A stretch of DNA of 64,000 nt. Origin: Candidatus Uhrbacteria bacterium (GTDB lineage: Bacteria; Patescibacteriota; Patescibacteriia; JACPHY01). The stretch spans positions 23,219 through 87,218 of the forward strand of contig JACPHY010000011.1 in NCBI GenBank assembly GCA_016188355.1. Reading direction: 5' to 3'. Both the position numbers and the translations under genes were made by a program. This document shows positions 56,652 to 64,000 of the stretch, in pieces (positions within the stretch are counted from its first letter, which is position 1; the number at the start of each line of letters is the position of its first letter). The notes beneath the pieces were generated by a model that had not been told where the DNA came from, did not search any database, and was given only the letters and a program-made list of their open reading frames with translations.

Positions 56652-57710
56652 ATGTCGATGTTGGTGCTGGATCCGAAGATCACCCGACTTCCTGCTGTGA
56701 CGCAGACGAATGCATGGTATTCCGTCGTATGGTCCCCATCTGGCGCGTACGTGGCTGGGGTACAGGATATGAAGATCATTTCGTGTTGGCGTGGTGATGG
56801 GTCGCTGCTTTGGACGCAGGACTACTCGCGTGAGAGTGTACAGGATTGTGTATTCGCAGGCGACGACACGCTCTATGTGCGGTCCATCGGTTACTTCAGG
56901 GATGGCACACGTCGCGTGCGTATTCGGAGGTGCATGGTGCCGGATCGGCGTGGCCGCAATGCGATGGTGTGTTCCCGTCCGGTGTCTCGGCTGGGGTCCA
57001 TGGCGGCTACTAGGGATGGCGCCCTCCTTTATGCGGAGTGGTTGGGCAGTGGTCTTTCATGGCATCGGTACTCGCAATCATGCTCCCATCCGCACCAGTC
57101 GGTGATACGGGAGATTGCCTCCTGTGCGGATACGTTGCACTTCTCACGTGATGGGCGTTGGTTGTGGGAGGTGCAGCAGTCGAGCATCCAGGTAACGTGC
57201 ATGGTGACCAATGATACGGCGTGCGTCGCAAATTGTGGTGCTTCCATATTGGCGGTAGACGTTGCAGACGAGAGTCACCGTATTGCGGTGGTGCACCGAA
57301 ATGGACGTATTGCGGTCTTTGCGCATGAGCGAGATCCCCGTAACGGTGTGCTTCGAGTGGTGCGCGACCGTCCGGATCGGCGTTGGTGTCGGTCGATGCG
57401 GCATGCGGCAGTGATTTGGGGACCCGGTGATCATCTCTTCTTGTTGATTGGGCAAGAGCATCGCCTGTTGCTCGTTGACGCGGATGCCCCGGACGAACTT
57501 ACGGTCATGGCGGAAATACCGCAGGTGCGGCAGGTGGCGACGATCTCCCCTGATCCGCACGCGCGTCGGGTGTTCGTGCTCGGCTCGCTCTCCACACCGT
57601 CCGCATCGCGTCGCCGCGAATACGACTATGGTTCCGCGCTCCTCGATTTTGGTTCCCCCTACCTCGGCCTCGTTGCGCCCGTGCACTGGGCGGATGCATC
57701 GTTTGGGTAG
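56652..57710 (+). CDS. WD40-like beta-propeller paralog 5; C-terminus ...LDFGSPYLGLVAPVHWADASFG
   Basis: YSVVWSPSGAYVAG..., ISPDPHARRVFVLG. Confidence 0.7.
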   Translation: MSMLVLDPKITRLPAVTQTNAWYSVVWSPSGAYVAGVQDMKIISCWRGDGSLLWTQDYSRESVQDCVFAGDDTLYVRSIGYFRDGTRRVRIRRCMVPDRRGRNAMVCSRPVSRLGSMAATRDGALLYAEWLGSGLSWHRYSQSCSHPHQSVIREIASCADTLHFSRDGRWLWEVQQSSIQVTCMVTNDTACVANCGASILAVDVADESHRIAVVHRNGRIAVFAHERDPRNGVLRVVRDRPDRRWCRSMRHAAVIWGPGDHLFLLIGQEHRLLLVDADAPDELTVMAEIPQVRQVATISPDPHARRVFVLGSLSTPSASRRREYDYGSALLDFGSPYLGLVAPVHWADASFG

Positions 57711-57714
57711 CGCG

Positions 57715-57816
57715 ATTTGGTCCCATCCCCGGATGGGACTTCCCCCGCGGTGATCTTGCGGAAGATCGTTGCGGGGGAGGAATGTGGTATTGGTTCTTTC
57801 CCAAAGGAGGCGTGTC
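57715..57816 (+). promoter_or_regulatory. conserved leader L6 upstream of paralog 6
   Basis: TTGGTCCCATCCCCGGATGGGACTTCCCCCGCGGTGATCTTGCGGAAGATCGTTGCGGGGGAGGAATG...GGTTCTTTCCCAAAGGAGG..ATG. A-T to C-G covariation in the second hairpin. Confidence 0.6.
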
Positions 57817-58818
57817 ATGTCGAATGGATCGGCGGAACGTGGAAATTTGATTTCGGATCCGCGAGTCGTGCTCCTGTCCGGACCGGATCAGCGGGCGGAT
57901 AGTTGTGCGTGGTCTCCCTCGGGAAATCTCGGGGCGACCGTGCACGGGGGTACGTGTGTGTTGTGGGATCTCCATACGGGAGCAGCGACGGTGCGCTGTG
58001 CGACCGGTCGGCTGGTGCGCGACATTGCGTTTGATGGATCGGGTAGACGGATCATGGTCCTGGATGATCACAGCGTTTCTGCGTGGAGCGGTGAACGGGG
58101 AAACTACGAGGGCGTTGTGGTGCTCGCGAATGGATACCAGATGCTCTCCATTGGTGGCTATTATTTGGCTGCGTGGCAACCGGATCGCTGCCTGCTCCAG
58201 CCAATGCGAAGGGACGTGCTCGATCCCATCGAATTTCAGGAGCGGTGGAAGGCGGTAGTGCTCTCCGCGGATGGGTTGCTGACCTGGTTTCTTTGGTCGG
58301 ATGGTGTGGTGGCTGCGCATACGGGAGCGGGATCGGCACATCGTATCGCTGAATTTCCATTGGTCTGTGAGGGCCGTGATCGATCCATTGTCTGTGCGCT
58401 ACAGGGTCGGAGGGCGGTGGTGTGCTGTGGGGGGCATGTGCACGTGTTCGATTGCGATGCGCCGGAGCGTCAACGCGAGCGTATGTGGGCATTGACGGAT
58501 CCCATTCATGCAGCGACGTGGCTTTGGGGAGGACGAGCCCTACTGCTGGCGCATGGTGCATCGCGCGATGCGAGTCGGCTGTGCGGTATCGACGTGGCAA
58601 CTGGTTTTCCGTTTTGGCGCTCGTCGGCCCATACCTTGCAGCAGGTGACGGCATTTGCGTCCGCACCGGATGGCCATCGCGTGCTCTTGAATGCAGCATT
58701 GGTGACGCCGTTCTCGGCATCGGATGCGGAACGTTTTGGCGCGACGGTACTCGACTTCGGTGACCCGCCCTCGTCTTTGGGTGGTTCACTGCATTGGTCG
58801 GACGCGTCGTTTGGGTGA
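57817..58818 (+). CDS. WD40-like beta-propeller paralog 6; C-terminus ...LDFGDPPSSLGGSLHWSDASFG
   Basis: CAWSPSGNLGATVHGGTCVLWDLHTG..., ASAPDGHRVLLNAA. Confidence 0.7.
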   Translation: MSNGSAERGNLISDPRVVLLSGPDQRADSCAWSPSGNLGATVHGGTCVLWDLHTGAATVRCATGRLVRDIAFDGSGRRIMVLDDHSVSAWSGERGNYEGVVVLANGYQMLSIGGYYLAAWQPDRCLLQPMRRDVLDPIEFQERWKAVVLSADGLLTWFLWSDGVVAAHTGAGSAHRIAEFPLVCEGRDRSIVCALQGRRAVVCCGGHVHVFDCDAPERQRERMWALTDPIHAATWLWGGRALLLAHGASRDASRLCGIDVATGFPFWRSSAHTLQQVTAFASAPDGHRVLLNAALVTPFSASDAERFGATVLDFGDPPSSLGGSLHWSDASFG

Positions 58819-58866
58819 TGGAGTGCGAACATGGGATAGGGCGGCGACCGCGTACCAGGTCGACGC

Positions 58867-60003
58867 ATGGGAGGAATGATGGCATTGCTCGATTCCGCGG
58901 TGTCATTATTGACGCCGGATCTCTTTGCAAAAGCACGCGCCATATTGCCGCCGATTACCCTACCGCGGCCACGGCGTCGTTTGCTGGGCGGACTTCCCGA
59001 TCGACCGACTGCGCTGGTTTGGGCACCAGACGGATCACATCTTGCGATGATCTGCCACCCCGCGGAGACCGTGGTTTGGCATGCGACGCGTGATGCGTGC
59101 GATTATTTTCCGCCGGCCATGGCATTTGCGTTTACGGGAGGGGATGCACAAACGTTGTTGTGGGATGATGGGCAGCACGTGCAGCATTCGCGAATGCTCT
59201 TGACGGTGTCGATCGCGGAGGGTGCGTCGACGTCGTGCAAGCGGTGGTCGCGATTATTGCCCATGGATGCGGATCGCTGTGTGTTTGTCGAGGGATTCGA
59301 ACCGGATCGATTTCCTAAATCGGCTCGATGGACGGCGCGTTGCTTGGCGAGTGGTGCGTCCTGGCCCTTTGCGGGTGGGCCGTGTTCCGGGCCCGTCGAA
59401 GTCCTGCGCGACCATAATCTCCTGGCAGTGGCAGATGCGGCGTTATTGCAGTTTTGGGAGGTGCCGTCGCGCGGCGTGGAGCTGCCGAAGACGCTGTTGC
59501 GTCAGCAGGTTGCCATGCCGTGCACCGATGTCATTCGCGCGTTGGCGACCTACCAACACTCCTGCGTGGTGGGATGCGTGCGCGGGCATTGCTACGAATA
59601 CGATTGCCGTGCACAGGCGTGGACGCGAGGGGTCGAATGTCCCGGTAAGGATGCGATCACCGCGCTCGCGGTTTCGTCGGACGGGCGGGTACTGTTCGTG
59701 AGTACGAGCAATGCCGCATCGATGATTGGTATGGACTGGCAGCGCGGCGAGGTGTTGCGGAACATCGGCCCATTCTATCGTCGCCGGTCCCCGCGTCTGC
59801 TCGCGGCGAGCCCCGATTGCCGAGTGATCGCGTGCGATGAATATTTGCCGCCGACCGATGATCGGTGCTGGAGCGATCGGGTGCTCGACTGGTCGGATCG
59901 CATGGGTATCCGTTCTGGCGGACAGCTGCGCCTCGTCACGTTGCTCGATTTCGGCACACCGCATTTCGGGGTGACCCATTGGGCGGATGCGTCATTCGGG
60001 TGA
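58867..60003 (+). CDS. WD40-like beta-propeller paralog 7; C-terminus ...LDFGTPHFGVTHWADASFG
   Basis: No leader and a 48-nt gap after paralog 6. LVWAPDGSHLAMICHPAETVVWH..., AVSSDGRVLFVSTS. The start is ambiguous among three clustered ATGs. Confidence 0.65.
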   Translation: MGGMMALLDSAVSLLTPDLFAKARAILPPITLPRPRRRLLGGLPDRPTALVWAPDGSHLAMICHPAETVVWHATRDACDYFPPAMAFAFTGGDAQTLLWDDGQHVQHSRMLLTVSIAEGASTSCKRWSRLLPMDADRCVFVEGFEPDRFPKSARWTARCLASGASWPFAGGPCSGPVEVLRDHNLLAVADAALLQFWEVPSRGVELPKTLLRQQVAMPCTDVIRALATYQHSCVVGCVRGHCYEYDCRAQAWTRGVECPGKDAITALAVSSDGRVLFVSTSNAASMIGMDWQRGEVLRNIGPFYRRRSPRLLAASPDCRVIACDEYLPPTDDRCWSDRVLDWSDRMGIRSGGQLRLVTLLDFGTPHFGVTHWADASFG

Positions 60004-60061
60004 GGACTCCACAGCACGCGGCTTGACCGCGTGCTGTTTTTCATTCAATACTGAGTAACTT

Positions 60062-61027
60062 ATGGAAGGCGCTCCCTTCGACGTGCTCGTCATCGGCGCA
60101 GGACCTGCGGGACTCGCGGCAGCCATGTTCACGGCGCGCCGCGGGCTGCGCACGTGCGTCCTGTCGAAGGACATCGGCGGGCAGGCGGCGCTCACGGATA
60201 CGATTGAGAACTATCCCGGGATCGCATCGGTGAGTGGACGATCGCTCGTGGAAACGATGCGGGGACAGGCGACGCGCGACGGAGCGGATTGGCAATTCGG
60301 CGAAGCGATATCCATCGTTTCGGATGCATCCCTCCATTTGGTGCGTACGGCGGAGGGAACGACCATTGCGGCGCGGACGATTATTTTGGCTTTTGGGTTG
60401 ACGCCAAATGATCTCGACTGTTTGGGCGAAGCGCCATTGCGGGGGCGTGGGTTGTACTATTCCGCCGTTGCCGATGCGCCGATGCAGGACGGGAAAACGG
60501 TGGCGGTTGTGGGGGGTGGTAATGCCGCGGTCACCGCGGCGCTCGAACTCGCGCCGCGCGCCGCGCGGGTGTACTGCATCCATCGTCGCGAGGAGTTCCG
60601 TGCGGAACAGGTACTGCTCGATCGCCTGCTTGCGCTACCGAATGTGGTCTGTTGCCGGTCGACCGTGGTTGCGGAGGTGCGGGGGGATGATCGCGTCCGC
60701 GAGCTGGTACTTGCGCCGGCGACGGATGGTGCGTCGCGCGTGCTGGCGGTGGACAGCGTGTTTGTGCAAATTGGCTACTCCGCAAAAACGAATTGGCTCG
60801 ATGGCGTGGTCGCACGGAATGCGCGGCGCGAGGTGATGATTGATCGGGATTGCCAAACGAATGCGCCGGGTATTTTTGCGGCAGGCGATATTACGGATAT
60901 CAGCTATAAGCAGGCGGTGATTTCGGCGGGGGAGGGGGTCAAGGCGGCATTGCAGGCATTCAAGTACCTGCAGACGCAAGCAGGTCGTCCGGCGGTGATG
61001 TTTGATTGGGAGGTGAAGACGGTGTAG
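60062..61027 (+). CDS. thioredoxin-reductase-fold flavoprotein lacking the CxxC redox motif (possibly a TrxR-type ferredoxin-NADP+ reductase)
   Basis: FAD motif DVLVIGAGPAGLAAA, NADPH motif VAVVGGGNAAVTAAL, C-terminal GIFAAGD. SAVADA occupies the position of CATCDG. Confidence 0.7.
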   Translation: MEGAPFDVLVIGAGPAGLAAAMFTARRGLRTCVLSKDIGGQAALTDTIENYPGIASVSGRSLVETMRGQATRDGADWQFGEAISIVSDASLHLVRTAEGTTIAARTIILAFGLTPNDLDCLGEAPLRGRGLYYSAVADAPMQDGKTVAVVGGGNAAVTAALELAPRAARVYCIHRREEFRAEQVLLDRLLALPNVVCCRSTVVAEVRGDDRVRELVLAPATDGASRVLAVDSVFVQIGYSAKTNWLDGVVARNARREVMIDRDCQTNAPGIFAAGDITDISYKQAVISAGEGVKAALQAFKYLQTQAGRPAVMFDWEVKTV

Positions 61028-61083
61028 GGGTGGTCTGTTCGCGCACGAAGGCGCCCACGCACGAATGGTGCGTGGGCGTTGGG

Positions 61084-61719
61084 TTACTCGATCTCCTCGC
61101 AGTCGGCGTTGCCGAGGACGTTGGTGTCGAGGACAAAGACATGGCGCGTGCCGCCGTTATCCTCGCTGATGATCGTTCCGGATCCCCAGATGCCGCGTTC
61201 GAGCTTCGCGACGCGGACGACGCTGGGGTTCGCGAACTTCGCGCAGGCGAGGGCGCCGTCCTCCGTGATCCAGAAGTTCCCCATGAGGACGCCGCCTACG
61301 AGGAGGCCGCCGATCCCACCGAAGAGCACGATGATCGTGAGGAGGAGCTCGAGGAGCGTGTAGCCGCGGCGCGAGCGGCGGGTCGACGCTGCCAGCGGAG
61401 GAGGAGTGGCGACGAGTCGGAGTTGCGGAGTTTGTCGCGTCCGCATCTCTTCGATCGCGCGTCTCGTGAACCTTGTGGGGATCTGTGGACGCAGGGAGAG
61501 GAACGCGCTGACTGCAGCACCTGCAACCGCCGCCTGTCCGGCGAGTGGCCACACCGAATATCCGAAGAGGAGCGAGAAGAGTGCGTGCGCTGCGCCGACG
61601 ACGCAACCGATTCCCAGGGAGAGGATCCCATAGGTTCTGCACCACCCGAGCACGCGATCGACATTTTTGTTCCGTTGCTGCACGATATGCCTCCATTTCC
61701 GTAGTGCGGAGATTTGCAC
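61084..61719 (-). CDS. type IV pilin-like protein (prepilin N-terminal motif) with unusually long N-terminal region
   Basis: RRG-YTLLELLLTIIVLFGG matches the class III signal / N-methylation motif (G|[FY]TLxEL). A shorter form would start at the internal MRTRQ... at about 61446. Confidence 0.5.
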   Translation of the reverse strand: MQISALRKWRHIVQQRNKNVDRVLGWCRTYGILSLGIGCVVGAAHALFSLLFGYSVWPLAGQAAVAGAAVSAFLSLRPQIPTRFTRRAIEEMRTRQTPQLRLVATPPPLAASTRRSRRGYTLLELLLTIIVLFGGIGGLLVGGVLMGNFWITEDGALACAKFANPSVVRVAKLERGIWGSGTIISEDNGGTRHVFVLDTNVLGNADCEEIE

Positions 61720-61803
61720 AAAAGGACGCTGCCACTGTAGAGGAAAATGGCCATTTTGTCAAGGGGGTGTACATTCGCCTTCCGCGATTCCTGCTGTGCT
61801 ACC

Positions 61804-63120
61804 ATGGCATCTATGGCGAAACAGTCTCCGTGGCAAGCAGCGCTCACACAACTTGAATCTGCGGCCGCAATCGCACAGGTCCGACCTGAGATCATTGAGC
61901 AATTACGGCGGCCGGAGCGGGTGATTCAGGCGGAATTCCCAGTACGGATGGATGATGGGTCGCTGCAGTTTTTTCAGGGCTATCGCGTCCAGCATTCGAA
62001 TGCCCGAGGACCGTACAAGGGCGGCATTCGATTCCATCCGAATGTCGACATGGATGAGGTGCGCGCGCTCGCGTTTTGGATGAGCATCAAATGTGCGGTC
62101 GCCGGCATTCCGTTTGGCGGCGGCAAGGGCGGGGTGACCGTGGACCCCAAACGGCTGTCCACGGGTGAGTTGGAACGATTGTCGCGGGCATACGTGCGTG
62201 CCATGGGGATGAATTTCGGTCCGCGGCATGATGTGCCGGCTCCGGACGTCAATACGAATGGTCAGATCATGGCGTGGATGGTGGAGGAATGGAAAAAGGT
62301 GGTGGGTCGCAAGCAGCGAGCCGCAAACCAGAACGAGTGGCGCGCGACGTTTACCGGAAAGCCGATAGGGAAGGGCGGTGCGGCGGGACGAGAGCAGGCG
62401 ACGGGATTCGGCGGCATGGTGGTGCTCCGGGAAGCGCTCCGCACGCTCGGAAAGCAATGGGGCATCAGGAAATCGCCCACGGTCATCGTTCAGGGTTTTG
62501 GCAATGTGGGATACTGGGCGGCGCGCACCGCAACGGATTTCGGATTCCGCGTCATCGGGATTTCGGATTCCAGTGGAGGTGTAGTCGTGGATGATGGCGA
62601 TACGGGTCGAGGATTTGATCCCGCGCTTGTCCTTGCGGGGAAGGAGGAGGTGGGGCAACTGGTGCATTTCGTGAGCGGCGGACCGTTCGGCGGAGTGTCG
62701 CATGTGCGGACCGTTACGAATGCGCAGCTCCTCGAAACTCCCTGCGACGTGCTCGTTCCCGCGGCGCTCGAAGGGCAGATTACTCAGAAGAATGCGGCAC
62801 GGGTGCGAGCGAAGCTCGTGCTCGAATTGGCGAATGGTCCCACCACACCGGAGGCGGAAGCGGTACTGCGGGAGCGCGGCATCTCGGTGATTCCCGACGT
62901 CCTCGCGAACGCAGGTGGCGTCACGACTTCGTACTACGAATGGCTGCAGAATATCCGAAACGTGCGATGGACGGAGGCCGCAACACTCCGAAGGCTCGAC
63001 GCCCTGCTCACGGAACAGGCGCGCAAGGTGCTCACGCGCGCCGCGCGATCACGCGTCACCCCACGACAAGCCGCATTCGCGATCGCCATCGAGCGGATTG
63101 CTGATGCGATGGGGTCATAG
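61804..63120 (+). CDS. gdhA: glutamate dehydrogenase (Glu/Leu/Phe/Val dehydrogenase family)
   Basis: GYRVQHSNARGPYKGGIRFHP...AGIPFGGGKGG (catalytic Lys region), and the Rossmann motif QGFGNVG. Confidence 0.9.
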   Translation: MASMAKQSPWQAALTQLESAAAIAQVRPEIIEQLRRPERVIQAEFPVRMDDGSLQFFQGYRVQHSNARGPYKGGIRFHPNVDMDEVRALAFWMSIKCAVAGIPFGGGKGGVTVDPKRLSTGELERLSRAYVRAMGMNFGPRHDVPAPDVNTNGQIMAWMVEEWKKVVGRKQRAANQNEWRATFTGKPIGKGGAAGREQATGFGGMVVLREALRTLGKQWGIRKSPTVIVQGFGNVGYWAARTATDFGFRVIGISDSSGGVVVDDGDTGRGFDPALVLAGKEEVGQLVHFVSGGPFGGVSHVRTVTNAQLLETPCDVLVPAALEGQITQKNAARVRAKLVLELANGPTTPEAEAVLRERGISVIPDVLANAGGVTTSYYEWLQNIRNVRWTEAATLRRLDALLTEQARKVLTRAARSRVTPRQAAFAIAIERIADAMGS

Positions 63121-63170
63121 CGGGAGCTGGGTGATTGCGATACTGTATCCACAGATACCCTCAATTCTCT

Positions 63171-63818
63171 ATGGAGCACGAAATGATCAATCCTCCATCC
63201 GGGCCGCGCATGGTCCGTCGCGTACGCACCGTGCCGCCACCCAGCGCACTACCGGAGTCGCACACTTCTATGTCAATGCGTCCACGTTCCGCATGGCCAT
63301 GGGTTCTCCTGTTGGTGGTAATGGTTGCCGTGGGCAGCGGAGCGGCCATGTACTGGCGACGGCAAGATGCTGCACCAAAGCCGTGGCAGGCGGTGTTCCT
63401 CACGAATGGGCAGGTCTACTTCGGCCATCTGGCGCGATCGCGCGTTGCGACCACGATGCTCCTGACGGACGTGTATTACATTCAAGTTGCTCCGCGGTTG
63501 CAGGCGCAGAATTCGGGCACAGGGACGAATGAGGCGGGAACGGCGAATGCGGCAGATCTCGCACTCGTGAAGTTGGGCGATGAGTTGCATCGACCCACGG
63601 ATGCCATGCGGATCAATCGTGCGCATGTGCTTTTCACGGAGGAGCTCCGTGCGGACGGACCAGTCGTACAGACGATTGAGCGCATGCAGCGTGGCGTGCC
63701 AACGGCAGCGCCGCAGGCTGCTCCCGCAGCCGCCGCGCCCGGCGCCACTGGCGGCGACGCGGCTGCTCCGGCGAACGGCGGAACAGGAAAAACGCCAGGA
63801 GCTTCGGATCGTCGATAG
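63171..63818 (+). CDS. hypothetical membrane-anchored protein with Ala/Pro-rich C-terminus
   Basis: TM helix WPWVLLLVVMVAVGSGAAMYW followed by a soluble domain and an APAAAAPGATGG tail. Confidence 0.45.
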   Translation: MEHEMINPPSGPRMVRRVRTVPPPSALPESHTSMSMRPRSAWPWVLLLVVMVAVGSGAAMYWRRQDAAPKPWQAVFLTNGQVYFGHLARSRVATTMLLTDVYYIQVAPRLQAQNSGTGTNEAGTANAADLALVKLGDELHRPTDAMRINRAHVLFTEELRADGPVVQTIERMQRGVPTAAPQAAPAAAAPGATGGDAAAPANGGTGKTPGASDRR

Positions 63819-63912
63819 CACGCATACGGGCACGCAACGCCAGCCAAACGGCTGGCGTTGCGTATTGCGCCAACAGAGCAATGGCGGTACGCTGCGGAAC
63901 ACGGCCTCCTCT

Positions 63913-64000
63913 ATGCGATACGACCATCGGACCATCGAGCAAAAATGGCAGGATCGTTGGATGCGCATGCAATCGAACGCTGCGCGGGATGGTGATGCGC
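63913..64000 (+). CDS. leuS: 5' end of an aminoacyl-tRNA synthetase, probably leucyl-tRNA synthetase (partial)
   Basis: MRYDHRTIEQKWQDRW resembles the LeuRS N-terminus (..Y.P..IE.KWQ..W). Truncated by the window end. Confidence 0.35.
   Translation, partial: MRYDHRTIEQKWQDRWMRMQSNAARDGDA

Noticed and set aside
49183-60003. Propeller paralogs as a STAND/Avs-type NTPase defence system or as polymorphic toxins.
   Set aside because: No NTPase or NACHT module inside the paralogs, and no N-terminal trafficking domain or C-terminal toxin variability. In polymorphic toxins the N-terminus is the conserved end, which is the reverse of what is seen here.

Overview
This is a high-GC (~63%) bacterial chromosomal window with short, tightly packed genes; many ORFs in the six-frame track are opposite-strand shadow ORFs. 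The organism is probably diderm, since a small beta-barrel OMP is present, and I cannot assign a phylum from sequence alone. The housekeeping backbone covers the first ~44 kb.

Securely recognised genes are an SMC-family ATPase (short, 736 aa), nrnA, clpP, a VanW-like protein, an Hsp20, tsaD, alr, tsaE, a GspE/PilB ATPase, ftsH, rpsA, an MBL-fold hydrolase, gyrA, a GIY-YIG nuclease, rpmF, nusB, rnc, a NUDIX hydrolase, HU, ymdB-rny and infB. Three tRNAs are present: Glu(TTC), Arg(TCG) and Lys(CTT). I placed several rho-independent terminators.

The standout region is about 44.2-60.0 kb. It opens with a J-domain::Ser/Thr-kinase fusion, a vWA protein, a divergent pyruvate-kinase-fold protein and an orphan NrdG-like radical-SAM activase. 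These are followed by a tandem array of seven WD40-like beta-propeller paralogs that all end in the same extreme C-terminal motif (...LDFGxP...HW[A/S]DASFG-COOH). A 912-aa protein with a C-terminal AAA+ module sits inside the array. Most transcription units in the array begin with a conserved ~100-nt leader carrying a palindrome and a second hairpin that shows compensatory changes. I could not match this arrangement to a described system.

Other unexplained structure:
- A mosaic ~150-290-nt element sits immediately 3' of all three tRNA genes.
- A 167-bp MITE-like element with 17-bp terminal inverted repeats lies between nusB and rnc, with a partial copy upstream of the MBL hydrolase.
- A spacer-less 23-nt tandem-repeat and inverted-repeat landscape surrounds the GIY-YIG gene and a truncated duplicate of it.
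- A translationally coupled six-gene operon of small unknown proteins ends in a HEPN-like protein.

Coordinates that I adjusted from the ORF track are approximate to +-3 nt.
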